A stretch of 64,000 bases of DNA from Octopus bimaculoides (taxonomy: Eukaryota): positions 20,251,284 to 20,315,283 of the forward strand of contig NC_068981.1 of the NCBI RefSeq assembly GCF_001194135.2, given 5' to 3'. The notes below the pieces were generated by a model. It was not told the origin of the DNA. It worked only from the letters and a program-made list of their open reading frames with translations, and searched no databases. Of this stretch, positions 22,110-35,899 are shown one piece after another. The translations under genes were made by a program, and so were the position numbers. The first letter of the stretch is position 1. Every line of letters starts with the position of its first letter.

Positions 22110-23420
22110 TTTTTTACATACCCTCTGTTCTATTTATCATACCTAGCCACTCATAATTAGGAAGAAAGTATCTGACCTGCTCATATTGAATACCCTACTT
22201 TCTCTATGTCTATATCATACAGGATATCTTCTCATCTTCTCTGTACATATGTCTAGATTTCATCTCAATACAAGCATATTGTACTTAATAATACTCCTAA
22301 TACTTTTATATCCTTGTATAAATCAACTCAATATTACTGAAACATATTTTTTCCATTTTGTAACTATAATTTACTTTATTCTTTCCCTTCCAAATATTTC
22401 CACCAACTTTTCAATCTTATACAATAAAACACAGAGAAAAAAAAAACCTACTAAAATTTGTTAATTCTCCTATTAGTCCTCACCTTATAACCTGAAAGCT
22501 ATACTAATTTCAATCTTACATTTTATATTATATATCCAAATTTTACATTAAATTGCCAACATAATTTCTCTTTAGCACCACTGCATCTTTTCCCTCACTC
22601 ATTACCTGTATTATCAATTTATTTCTTCCTCCACTTCTCACTTTTCTGACCTTTGTTACATAACATTTAACCTCTAAAACAACCCTATGACAATTAATTT
22701 TATGCTTTGAAAACACCAATATCCATTTTACATTTTATATTATACGTTCAAATGTTACATTAGATAACCATCATAATATCTTTCATACCATAATATAGAT
22801 GTCCTAACTCTTATATCTGACCTTTGCCACAAACCAACTTTTCCAAATGTAAAATCCATTGACAAATGTACTAATAATCAACTTGAAATTTTAAATATTA
22901 ATATAATTATACTAACAATTACCACCCTCACATCTTCCTCTGGTACACGTTACAATGTATTTCCCTAACTTTATATCTCATGCAGATATCTCTTTACAAA
23001 GCTAAGCATTATGCACATTATAACATAATATGCCTTTTATTAAACAACCAAATCAGTTTCATTAGGTTACTTCCTTACCATCTTAATAAGTCACTTTGTA
23101 TCAAATATAATTTCATTATTACTATTGACTGTCAATGAATCTTTTCCTACGTTTTGCATGAGACAATGCATATTCAAACGATTCCACATTTTGCCCAAAC
23201 TTACTAAATTTTCAAGGAGTTATACCATGCTCTTTGGTATAACACCAATCTACAGTTTGCTATATACCTACAGACAAAATAATACATTACAAAGAAATTG
23301 TTCTCTTCAGTTTGTGTAACACATTTTCTTAAATTATCTCTTAATTTCCTATAGTAAATTCAATCTGTTCTGACTCTTTATAAAACAGATTTCTTTCATT
23401 CCACCTTTCTAATTACTACC
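22110..23420 (+). mobile_element. Possible very old Penelope RT/linker and 3' region remnant
   Basis: C/T/A-skewed composition like 17040-17500; SFGITP-LQFAI near 23220 resembles the PLE linker ISYS.TPN. Weak evidence. Confidence 0.3.
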
Positions 23421-23532
23421 CTGATAAATGCACATTCCTAAATATACATACATTTATTTTCATTAACTTGAAAGTTTCTTTGACTTGGAGCTTGTTTGTA
23501 ACATTCTCTCTCTCACACACACATATATAATA

Positions 23533-24364
23533 ATCATCATCATTTAACATCCATTACCCATGCTGCCATGGGTCAAACGGTTTGACCAGGGATGGTAAGC
23601 TGAAGGCCTGCACTAGACTCCAGTCTGATTTGGTATGGTTTCTACAGCTGGATGCCCTTCCTAATGCCAACCAGTCTGAGAGTGTAATGAGTGCTTTTAC
23701 ATGCCACTGGCACAGGTGCCAGTTGCATGACACCAGTATCTGCCATGGCTATGATTTCACTTGGCTTGATGAGTTTTCTATTCAAGTACAGCATATTGCC
23801 AAAGGTTTCGGTCATTTGTCATTGCTTCCATGAGTTCCAATGCTCAATAGGTGCTTTTTACATGCCACCAGCATGGGTCCTAGTTACATGACACTGGCAT
23901 CAGCCACATTGCCTCTGTAAGGCCCAATGTTCGAAAGGTGTTTTTTACATGCCACCAGCACAGTTGACAGTTACATGACACCAGCATCAGTCACGACTAT
24001 GACTTCACTTGGCTTGATGGATCTTCTCAAGCATGGCATATCGTCAAAGGTTTCAGTCACTAGTCATTGCTTTTGTGAAACTCAGCATTCAAAGATCATG
24101 CTTCACCACCACATCCCATGTCTTCTTGGGTCTTCTTCTTCCACAGGTTCCATCAACCGCTAGGGTGTGACACTTTTTCACACAGCTATCCTCATCCATT
24201 CTTGCCACATGACCATACCAGCGCAATCGTCTCTCTTGCACACCACAACTGATGCTTCTTAGGTCCAGCTTTTCTTTCAAGGTACTTACACTCTGTCAAG
24301 TATGCACTTTGACATTACACATCCATCGGAGCATACTGGCTTCGTTTCTTGTGAGCTTACGCAT
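23533..24364 (-). mobile_element. 5'-truncated RTE LINE (ORF2 C-terminus, 3' UTR and (GAT)n tail)
   Basis: MRKLTRNEASMLRWMCNVKVHT*QSVSTLKEKLDLRSISCGVQERRLRWYGHVARMDEDSCVKKC...GRRRPKKTW; tail ends at 23533. Confidence 0.92.
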
Positions 24365-24708
24365 CGTTACCAGCGTCGCCTTACTGGCACTTGTACCGGT
24401 GGCACGTTAGAAAACATTCGAGCGAGATCGTTGCCTGTGCTGCTGGACTGGCTCCTGTGCAGGTGGCATGTAAAAAACACCATTTTGAGTGTGGTCGTTG
24501 CCAGTACCGCCTGACTGGCTCTCGTGCCGGTGGCATGTAAAAACATCCAGTACACTCTTGGAATGGTTGGCGTTAGGAAGGGCATCCAGCTGTAGAAACT
24601 CTGCCAGATCAGATTGGAGCCTGGTGCAGCCATCCAGTTTGCCGGTCCTCAGACAAATCGTCCAACCCATGCTAGCATGGAAAGCAGACGTTAAACGATG
24701 ATGATGAT
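24363..24708 (+). mobile_element. Young RTE 3' UTR fragment, head-to-head with the previous element
   Basis: GTGCCGGTGGCA-type modules; GGCGTTAGGAAGGGCATCCAGCTGTAGAAACTCTGCC...GCATGGAAAGCAGACGTTAAACGATGATGAT. Confidence 0.9.
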
Positions 24709-26078
24709 TAATCTACTGTAGCTTTCTTGTTACATATGCAGTAAACTATTCAATATTCATATGTATTAAACTTTAAAATAATAAACTCTGACAAGAATAC
24801 TCTTACTAGAATACTCTTACTAGAATACTCCCTTTACATCTTGGTTTGTTTTCAAGTATTTTAATAATTCTAAAGTCCACCTAACAATTATTTGTTCAAA
24901 ATACCACTATAATGCAATAATTTTGTGTCTCCTACACTTGTATTTTCCTGCTAAAACACTTATCCTACACATTTTTCTGTACCTAACATCTACTTTCAAA
25001 TACACATATATCTCGTCATTATTTCATAAATTCCTTTTATTTATGTGAACAATTGCAAGACAAATGTTTCCAAAGAAAGTACAATGGTTATACTACAATT
25101 TCAATGAGAGAGTGAAGCCTAAGAATATCTGAACCTCTGAAGTCCTACCGTTATTTTTCAAGCTAAGAATAGAGCATCTTATATAATGCCAAAAAATCAA
25201 CTACATAAAAGATATACTGAGGTAAGGGAATAAAATTAATTATAATAAATCTGTACTTCATGACTTGCTTAAGTCCATGTATGTACATTCTATAGAATGA
25301 TTTTGATTCTAAGCCACTGCTTCATATGTCATGGTCTTAAGTCCTACCTCTGTGACTACTCATCATGCTAAAACTAATCATCAAAACTCTCTCAAATTAC
25401 AACCTCACATTTTAATACAGTCCTATGATAGAAACACTCGGTTTAAAAAACAAAAGAGAAAAATAAAGACAAGGAGTTTACCACTAGAATGTCTTTTGAT
25501 CACAAGTTTATTTGATCAGAGCTGACCTTCATTATTCTAAGTTTCTTCAGACTACAATAATTCTAGGATAGTTATTTATTATAATTTCTAGAAAGTTCTA
25601 TCATATCAATTACTTTAATATAGAACTAAAGGATTATATGCAGCTAGAGTGTTTTCTAAAAATTAATAAGTGACAAATTCCATCGTCTGATGCTGAATAA
25701 ATCTTATTTTAAACACCAGCAACAGTTAATTCCCAAGTTTTATCTAGAATATAATTAGCCTAATTAATTCTTTATTTCACTTGGGCTTTAAGGAAACAGC
25801 ATTATTCTGACCTTTTAAACTGTTGTAAATTGTTTATCCACATTTTACCTCTGGAGAATGCTTAATTTGATTAGAAAGTAAGGATCAAGTTTCATCTTTT
25901 CATGTAGCAAACGATTGTAACCTTTTTGAAATAAAAGACAATACATTGTTGCATCCAAACTTCCTAGGAATGATAGCTTAGACTTTTGACAAATTTTATT
26001 CACATGATGCTAGTTATGATATGGTATATTCCCAGATAGGGGTTCATGTATAGGTAACTCACCTACCTTTCTAGAATT

Positions 26079-26262
<184 letters not shown>

Positions 26263-26405
26263 GGTATGACTGACTAGAAAGAGAAAGCGAATGCTGGAAA
26301 ATTTCCATGACATGCTTGAATGACAATTGATATTTTGAGAATACCTTTGGAAAGAATAAGACAACCACTTGGAAAATGTGCCTTGCATCTTTGTGAGGTG
26401 GTTGT

Positions 26406-26436
<31 letters not shown>

Positions 26437-26749
26437 AATGGTTAATGGTGTTTAGCTCCAGATCAACTTTGATCAAACTGACCAATGATCAAAAAAATTC
26501 TAGCCATAACTGTTCTGTTTTCCAGGAATATCTACTGTGTTTTTCTTTCCTAATTTTAAGACATTGTGATGTAATTTAGAGAAGATTTTGCTGTTATTTC
26601 CAGCAGGTTGAACCATCATATAGAAGCCCCCCTCACTAGATTTCTCTTCCTGCAGTTAATAAAATACTAGTCAAGTGTTAAGATTGATATAAACAATTAT
26701 TCTCTTACTGGCAGTACTCCAGAATGGTTGCAGTCCAGAGGCAGAAACA

Positions 26750-27180
26750 AAAGCCATTAATAACATCATTGTCAGTGACATCATCCTCATTACCTTCATC
26801 CTTTTGGTCATCATCGTCAACACTATCATCGCCACTGTCATCATTAGCATCAAACCAAAAGAGGTTTCTGTGTAAGTGTTTGTGTGTGACATGGCAATCA
26901 GATCTCCCTCAAATCATGCCTTGTGCCTGAAAAATAAGACGAGATAGTCACAGTGATGTGTTTCTCAATCAAAGATAAACTGGAGCTGAACAATTACACA
27001 CCATCATCATCAACTTCATCGCAATCACCCTCGCCCTTACCGCCGTCATCATTAACATCCCAATCATCATCTTCATCAGTGTCATCATCACCATCATTAT
27101 ATTCACCATCATTGCCTTCATTTCCTTCTTCATTAACCCCCCCCCCCCATACACACACACACATACATACACACACTCAT
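26750..27180. repeat. Degenerate (CAT/CAC)n low-complexity region
   Basis: Triplet periodicity; source of the poly-S/D/M ORFs. Confidence 0.8.
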
Positions 27181-28583
27181 GTAGTATCAGCTGTGCCCCA
27201 ACCAATCTTACCTTTTTATTTGCCTTACCCCCAGCCCTTTTGATAAGGTCTCCTTTACAGAGTTTCAAAAGTTGTTCTTGTTTTGCTGTTGTTGCTACTG
27301 ATGATGATGATGTGTTGACTGGTGTATTTATTTTGTAAATATCCCATGTGAACCAGGTGGCAATTAACCTCTTTCTCACAGCATGCTTATCATCCCTGGG
27401 CTGGAGTTGTTGCTTATTAACCATAAGGAAGCAAATCTGTAACTAATTGCCTTCCAGCCATGACCATCCATTCTGATACATGCCAGACTACATTAGTCAA
27501 TGTATATTTGTTTTTTTCTAAGGATGGTTAGATGTGATTTGAGAGAGATTTAGCTGCTATTTCTAACAAGTAAATAGAGGTTCTTTTATTGACCTGCTGG
27601 ACAGGTGTTGTTTTGGTGAGTCCACTAATTCCGTCTTACATCTGTGCTTAGCAACAAGACATGCATTTAAATGTAAGTAGATGTTACTAAAACAAGTCTA
27701 GAAATCATTTTTGTCAGTCAGGAGAGTGGCTATCAGGTAAATGTCAGTCTCCAAGGGAAACAAGATATTCTGCCCTCTCTTCTGCTTCATTCTTATTATC
27801 ATCATCACCTTCATTGTCATCATCATCATTATTGCCTTCATCATCATCATTGCCCTCATCATCATCATTGCTCGCATCATCATCATCATGGTTTAATTTC
27901 CGTTATCTGTATTGTTGCTATACACCGTCGCTATTTACTCAATGTCTTGTAAATGTTCCCCGTACAGTGCCAGTGTTGTTATCTCTCAGTGGATTTTTGC
28001 AGATATAATGGAAACTCTTGTACCTTATTTGTTAACAAACACCATTTATAGAGTTCATCTAAATACTATTATAGTTATTGTGTGCAGTGTTTGACTTTTT
28101 ATTTTATTATTCATTTATTATTATTGATAGATGTTCAGAGCATACATTATAGAATATAATAAAGTCAGCTATTCAATGGCAAACTCCTCTCACTTAATGC
28201 CAGTTATTGCTGAAACATAATACATTCACACTCATCCATTGAAGATGACACTAAAAATCTATCTACCATTCTTCCGTTGCCTTTGTAAAGCTGTCCTGTC
28301 ATCCCTGTCTCAGAATAAGGGTAAAAATCTCAACAGAAAGCTACATTAGTATTCAATAAAGAAAATGTTTCATAAATGTTGCCAAGTCTTGTTTTCAATT
28401 ATTTTAGATGCTCTACTTTTGGTAAATGTGCTCAGCTTCTGTGACTCTATTAATGTATAATATATTGCAACTCTGTTACATATATGTAGCTATATTGATT
28501 TACATATGGAGTAGTGTGTAATGTTACATATACATAATTATATATATATATATATTATCATCATCATCATCATCATATATATA

Positions 28584-28607
28584 NNNNNNNNNNNNNNNNN
28601 NNNNNNN
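28584..28607. other. Assembly gap
   Basis: N run. Confidence 1.
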
Positions 28608-30454
28608 TATATATATATATATGATTTCTGTCTCCACGTTATGGGTACATATGTTTTCATTGTGGTGAATTGTGTGTTACATAATAGATTTATATACATC
28701 AGCTTTAAGCTGCATCTCTTTGGCTATTTAGATTAATACATAAGAAATTCTGTTACATCTCTGTGATCATTTGAATTTATATATATATACATAGATATGT
28801 TTTATAATAGATTAATATACATCATTGTGGCTATATAAATTTATATATAGCATTTCTCAGTCACTTTTTTGTGGGTATGCATATTTACATAAATCAGCTC
28901 TGTGTTTCATATCTGTGGCTAGTGGCTATACAAATTGATCATATGTATATCAGTTCTAGATTACATATCCATGGGTATTTATATTCTTGTGGAAAAATAG
29001 ATTTATATACAGATCTTGTAACAACTTTATTGTATATATAGTAGTTCTCTCAGTCCACCCTAGGCTGTGCTTTTATGGGATTTCTCATTTGGCTCTGCTG
29101 TATAAACCTTGACTGGGCAGTGGGAAGGACTCAAGTGCTGCCCTAAGCGGCACACACTCTATGTATACCACTGATTTCTCAGTTTCATCTTTGTATGTGT
29201 GGGTGGGTATGTAAATAGATAGATAGAGAGACAGACAGACAGGGCAAGAGCTGTTTGTGTGATACATATCTTTAGCTGTTATTGGGTTTTTTTTATATAT
29301 ATATTAAAAGCTCAATGTTATGACTATGTGGTTTATATAGATTAAGTAGCTCTGTCATAAAAGAACATCTTTCAGTCACCAGAGAATGGAGAAAATATTA
29401 GGTTTCTGAAATATATCATTTGTTTGTCATATTTTGATCTCATGTATAAATATCCGATCACCATCAGTAGATGACCATTCTCTTGATAATGTATTGTACT
29501 TCCTTCCATCTCCCGAGCCATTTCAAATTAAGATATCAATTACATAATATTTGTTAATTAATCACAATTATGGGATAGGTTTCCACAAATAACAGTAATT
29601 ATTGAAAAAGTGAGTTTTCTTTTTGGACATTCAGTTTAAATGTTAACTAGCTGATGGTAAGATTGGGTTTATTTTTTTCTCATAGTTTGCATGACAAAAT
29701 AAAAAATAGTTAAATTTCCCTTCATCAACACCAATATATACTTACTACAGAATTATTTTATAAAAGCTCCAGCAATATTAATTTTGAAATACACAACAAT
29801 CTCAACAGTTATTTTGTTATTATATCCAGAATGTTCCACCTCTTGAAAAATATGTAAAAAAAAATCACAACAGTAAATTTTGTTTGTGGATATAATGGAC
29901 ATTAGCAGACAGTTAATGTCAGTATTTACTAAAATATTATTACTTTTAAACTGCTACTACTGTCCTATAAGCAACATATATATACATATATATATATATA
30001 TATTCACACACATATACACATTTGTATATGTATGCTTGTATGTGCCTATGTGTATGTGTGTATTGTGTATGTATTTAATTCCTTTTTTTTTCTCTATACA
30101 GGGTTTCCCATAACAGGAATAAATTGTTGAAACGATTTCAAAAAACAGTAATAAAAATACTTTTTATGCATAAAAGAACAATTTTTTTTTTTTTTTTGCG
30201 GTTAAATGGTTGGGATTTATGATTTACTATATAAATTGTTCACTTACATTACCGTTTTCTTTACATTCCAATTCCAACCGTGTTACAGCTTTTGTGTCAC
30301 ATAGAATACAATATTCCTGCATTATTTCTTTTTTGTATTTTTCAGAGAATTAGGATAATAATGATGATGTATATAAGAAAAATTGTTATGAGTTTGTGGT
30401 GCTAGAATTTTGACCAAAAAACTTGTTTCATTATGTATTATTGCTGCTGCTGCT

Positions 30455-30900
30455 ACTGCTGTTGTTGTTGTTGTTGTTGTTGTTGTTTAACCCCAGGTCA
30501 GAACCTGATAGAGCAGGCACATGATCAAACATATTCCAGCTATAACTATCCTATTAAATTTACCTCAATTATCCAACGTCTCCTTCCTTTCTTTTAATAT
30601 GTTACGGTATGTTTTGCAGATTTAGCTGCTTTTTCTTCTAGGTCAAGTGACCATGTAGAAGATCTTTGTTGACATTTGCTCCATTATGGTTTTGTGGCTG
30701 TTGTTTAGCCCTCACTGAGCACAGATTGAGCAGACCTGTGATTAAAAGCATTCCAACCATGCTCATTGTAATTTTTCAGGTATCATGTATGTAATTCTTC
30801 ATTACCCAGAATATTTTTAAATATCATTTGTTTGAAGACGGAAGGGAAATTTGGTTACTATTTCTTGTAAATTGAGTAACTACATAGAGCTTCCCCCCAT
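30455..30900. repeat. Tandem dimer of the (GTT)n-ended ~230-bp repeat
   Basis: GTTGTTT(A)[A/G]CCC...GAGCAG[G/A]C..[A/G]TGAT.AAA..ATTCCA occurs at ~30480 and ~30700. Confidence 0.75.
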
Positions 30901-33399
30901 CAGCTTGTCTCAGGTTATATTATTGTTTGTGTAGGTAGGTAAGGAAGATTACAGTCTTCAGCAATTTGCAACTTTGTAATTTAGGAGACAATTGTGTGCT
31001 GTTGTTGCAATCACATACTATAGATGGATAGTACAAAACTACTATATCATGTACAATACTACAAATATCATTATCTTTGTACGTAACTGTGATATATGAA
31101 TTCACACACATGCACACACACACACACATACACACACACACATGTACAGAGGGAAACGTTGCATTTATTTTATTGCAGCATTGTGTGAGATTTCCCAACT
31201 AAAGTGTCTGTCTGTAAAGGTTTGCTTTATTATCTAAGATATTTGTTTTCTCTCTCTGTTCATGAAATATCATAAATCATTTCCTGGAATCCAACCTGGT
31301 CCAATTGAAAATAACTGAATTGTTGATACCTTGATGATCTATTGGATGGTTAGGAGTTACAATCAAATGTATTCTTTCATTATGTCTGCACTTGGAAATT
31401 TTTTTAGGTAAGATGAAAACTCTTCTCAATTAGATCTGAGGAAATTTCAGTGACATTTTTCATTTGTTCTGACCGCTGGTCAACAATTGAGAGGTGATCT
31501 GCTTTCTGAACATCTTTGCATGGCTTTGCTGTTTGCCGATATCAGATGTAAGACTGAAGAGATCCTTATGTGGCTAATACTTTAACTGATAGTCATGTGA
31601 AGTAGCAGCTACATTATTACTGTTTGTATAATATAATTTATTCCAAGATAAATGTCTAAATCAAGTGCCATCCGACATTTATGATTAATAGATTCCTCTT
31701 TTTATATGCAATGTATAAAGAAATATTTACTATCTTGATATAAGTCTGGATGTTTTTATTAACAATTTAAAAGTTACATTTTTATGTATCAGATAATTTT
31801 CTGTGTATTTTATTATTGTTGTTATTTTTAGTTTTTATTTATTTATTTTTTTCCACATTAGCAGAAACTCTGACACACATCTTGATTTGGATAATCAGTG
31901 GTAGAAAACCTTTCTAATTACCAAGTGTGTTTTACTTTTATCTTGTCAGATAAAAGCAGCTCAGACACGTTTTTCCTGAAATTAGTGCCATAAATGTGTT
32001 GAATGTAGATAAGAATCTAACATTGCTGCCAATTCACTCGACAGAATCAAATTGATGGAGAAATAAGATTAAATGTGTAGTGGGATTATCTAACCAGATC
32101 TATAGCTTAGCTAATTTAATGATAAAATATGCTCATATAAGTTTCTCTGTAATTACGATACATTTTTCTTGGTGTCCAGAACCATCTTTTGAAGCTAGTA
32201 TGTTGACTGAATTCTCTCTAGTGTCAGTAATACAACATTTATTACAACATAAAATGTACAAAAAATGTGAAACAATACAATCTGGCACAGATACAATGTA
32301 GGAATCTTTTTAACCATTTCTTTACAAATTGTTCTTAATAAGTTTAATGTTCTAACCCTAGACATTTTATTGGTAGTACAGTTTACTATATTCTAACAAA
32401 CACAGATAGATATACTCACACACCCACACACATTAACCCACACATATATACAAATACAGAACAACATGCCAACAGAAACATACACACACATATATACACG
32501 TATATGTATTTACTGAAAGACATACGTAAGGAGATATGCTGTGACAATGAACCACTTTAACAGTTCTGATAATTCAGTTAGTTCAAACTTTACTTTCTTT
32601 TGTGTCTATCAGGGATTATTACTTTGTTTCTTTATGAGCCAATGAAGAGCCATCTACATAGTTGCTTAATCATCCAGAAATAGCAGCTAAATTACATTCT
32701 AGTGATTTAATAAAAGGAAAGTCCTGTTGGATAATACAGTCTTATATACAGTGCAACAGATTGGTTATATTTAGAATGCATTTGTACCATATGTTTGCTC
32801 AATCAGAGCTAGCCTAACGATAGTCACACCTGTATTTCTTTCCTTCAAAGACACATTTATAAGCTACAAAAAAAAATTAATATTCATTAACATTTTTTAT
32901 TGCTTGTTTCCCTTATTGTAGCAATTTCCTGTCATTTTACTAAAATTTAGTAAAATCCATGGATCTTTACCCTTTGAACAGCAGATTGAAAAATTAATTT
33001 TTTGTAACTAAACACTTTCAAACTTCGGACACTGGTAGAATGTGTCATATAAAACATCTTTTACTCTTAGTGTTGTTGAGAAAAGTTTGTATTTTCAAAG
33101 CTATTTCATGTTGTCATATTTCGGTAATTTCAACCAATCGATGATGTGTATTCAGCTGAATAAAATTACTGCTGTTGTTTGTCAACAAAAACTTCCAGTG
33201 GTGTATATTTTGTTTGTCGCTGTTATTTATGACATATTTCATCTCAGTTACATTTGTATGAATAAACGAGTGTATCTGAATCATGTTTACTTCATGGCAC
33301 CACCACAATCGTTTGTGCATTTCTACTGCTTTTAGTTTTTTTCCAGTTTTTCAGCTACACATACCTTCCTACTTTGTGTGTGTGTGTGTGTGATGTAAA

Positions 33400-33545
33400 T
33401 GTTTGTATGCTTCCCAACCAAATGATTTCAGATTTCAGTCCCACTGTGCAGTACCATGAGCAAGTGTCTTCTACAATAACCAAAAGCTTGTGAGTGGATT
33501 TGACCGATGGAAACTGAACTGAAAGAAACCTGACATATATATGTG
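33400..33545 (-). mobile_element. CORE-type SINE head fragment
   Basis: TTCAGTCCCACTGTGCAG..GAGCAAGTGTCTTCTAC..GTGAGTGGATTTG; strand assignment tentative. Confidence 0.55.
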
Positions 33546-33590
33546 TGTGTGTGTATTCATGTATGTATGTGCATGTATACAGACAGACAA

Positions 33591-33639
<49 letters not shown>

Positions 33640-34921
33640 TGTGCACTCTATCACAGCCTCTGCAGGTGGTGTTGTGACTTCTATTGCAACTTCTCCACTC
33701 ACTCTGTACCTTCATAGACGTGTGAAATACAAGATCCCTTATTTGGAAAAATAGGTAAGGGTTAGCAATAGGAAAGGCATCTAGATGTAAAGCAATGGTT
33801 CAATAATATATTCATGAATGCAAGCATGGAAAAAAGTAGATGTAAAACAAATTAACAACATATAGTATGTTAGTTTGTAAAGTAGATAGTATGTTGGTCT
33901 GTAATGAAAAGCATGCATTTGTCCAAGATGGTGTCAGGACCTGATTATCATTACTGCAGTACTTTCTAAACATGGATTGTGGTATTAGAGAAAGCTGATC
34001 CCTGCAATATTGCCTAAACCCAAAGTTCATCATACATTCCTATGTTAGCTTTTCATCAGATTTGTTGATCAAGCACAAACAGAGGATGGCATAGCATTTT
34101 TAGGTTTCCTGTTTTGCTTTCCAGTCTTTTGCAACATAAGCAACTACATTTTTTTTTTCATCTTCTTCTTCATTATTGGAGATAAATACTTGAAAAATTA
34201 GGTTAATTATGATTATTGACAAAAAGATTATTCAAACTCACTTTTTCCTTGTTTCTTACATGTTATTTCTTGCCATAGTATTCTGATTAAGGATGAAATT
34301 CATGATTTGTAAATATTTGATTAATTTTTCTTTACATTTTCATTCAACTTGCTGAATCTAATTTATTTTCTAGTCTTATTTCAAATTACAAATCAACAGA
34401 TTTTTGTTTCAATCCCCAGTTTCTCCTCTAACAGTTAATTTCAGTTGATGATGGAGTCCATTTATTTTTTACATCTGTTTCTTTTGTCTTGCATCTTTTG
34501 TATTTGTTGATTTTTTAATAAGATTTAATGAGATGTTACAAAGAAAAAAATTTGCTTACAATTCTAATAATGTAGGTCACTAAAAGAATCACTAATCAAA
34601 GACAAACTTTTGGCTTGTTCTTGTGTTCTAATAAGATTCACCTAGTCATTCCATTATATGGTGTAATTATAGACTTTTTATAGTCTAATTGCTTTGAAAC
34701 ATAGTGGTTATGACCTGACAGAGATTCAAGCTTACAATATTTCCATAGATAGAAAATAGATAAAGGTAGATTAAAGTAGGTTGGCATTACTTTTGGTTAC
34801 TCATTCTCTGATTTCTAAACTAAATGGAAATAATTAAACATCTTGCAGAGGAGACTATTTCAGCCACCTAGAACATCCTCCTGTTATCTGTGTCTTGTTA
34901 TCACCTAAGATTAGAAATCTG

Positions 34922-35019
34922 TCGGCAATACATACACTAAAATTGGAATGATACAGAGAAAATTAGCATGGCCCCTGCACAAGGATGACATGCAAATTCA
35001 TGAAGTGTTCCATATTTTT
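34922..35019 (+). pseudogene. U6: U6 snRNA retrocopy lacking the first ~9 nt
   Basis: 98 nt matching canonical U6 from TCGGCA to CATATTTTT with ~9 substitutions, 5 at CpG sites; ACAGAGA box and AGC intact; no upstream TATA/PSE recognised. Confidence 0.95.
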
Positions 35020-35073
35020 CAACAGTGGTGTCCCAGCATGGCCACAGCTTTGAGCTGAAACCGATAAAAGAAT
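35020..35073 (+). mobile_element. SINE/LINE-type 3' tail fused to the U6 copy
   Basis: GTGGTGTCCCAGCATGGCCACAGCTTTGAGCTGAAACCGATAAAAGAATA versus the SINE tail GCGGTGCTCCAGCATGGCCACAGTCAAATGACTGAAACAAGTAAAAGAATA (reverse complement of 2051-2108). Confidence 0.85.
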
Positions 35074-35137
35074 ATATATATATCATCATTTAGCATCTGC
35101 TTTCCTTGCTAACCCTTTTCCTTGGGTTAGATGGTTT

Positions 35138-35280
35138 GTTTCAGTTTCCATCTACCAAATCCACTCACAAGGCTTTGGTTGGCCCAAGGCTATGGTAGAA
35201 GATACCTGCCCAAGGTGCCATGCAGTGGGACTGACCCTTGATCCATGTGGTTGGGAAGCAAGCTTCTTACCACACAGGCA
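35138..35280 (-). mobile_element. CORE-type SINE head fragment
   Basis: TTTCAGTTTCCATCTACCAAATCCACTCACAAGGCTTTGG...GGGACTGACCC..TTACCACACAG. Confidence 0.85.
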
Positions 35281-35899
35281 TACACTATAGTCATTGGAGG
35301 CAAAAGAGAGCAACTCTAATGTTTGTAGAGAATCACAAACTATTGAGATTGATGCAGCTGGTATTCAGCTTCAATATCTGCCTGTGGAAGAACCATGGCT
35401 AGGAAGGGAATTCCAGGGGAATTGCAGTTCTGATTAAATATGTGATAAAGTGTTTAGGATAGGACAGAGTAAAGGTAATGTGAGGAAAAGAAGAGATAGA
35501 TGTGTTGAGTCTGAGGAAATTATGCAGTCACTGGTTTAAATGAGCAAAGACTGTTATAATAGTAGCAGGAAAAAGAGAGAGGAAATAGCACATTTGTGAG
35601 CCAACAGTTGAAGTGTTGGTGTGTCTTTAGCAATCTTCAGTGAATGGCTTTCTTGTAGTTTGTATTTTGTCATTGTGCCCATTCATAGCCAAAACACTTA
35701 ACATTTGCTAGCTAAGCAAATTTAGTTATCATTAGATTCCAAACATAGCTACCATTCATCAATGTAAGCAGCACAAGTATTATGAAATTAATGAATGTTT
35801 TGTTAGTTTCCTGTGCCAGTCTCAAGAGTTCTTATATCTGGAGAAGGCTGCTGGAAATCATGGAAGTATCACCACCACCACCTTATGAGATCTTGAAAT

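Noticed and set aside
26724-27424. Ser/Pro-rich and Asp/Met-rich ORFs
   Set aside because: Degenerate CAT/GAT microsatellite.
32960-33350. Possible DNA-transposon fragment starting TTTA-CCCTTTG
   Set aside because: No partner TIR or coding motif found.
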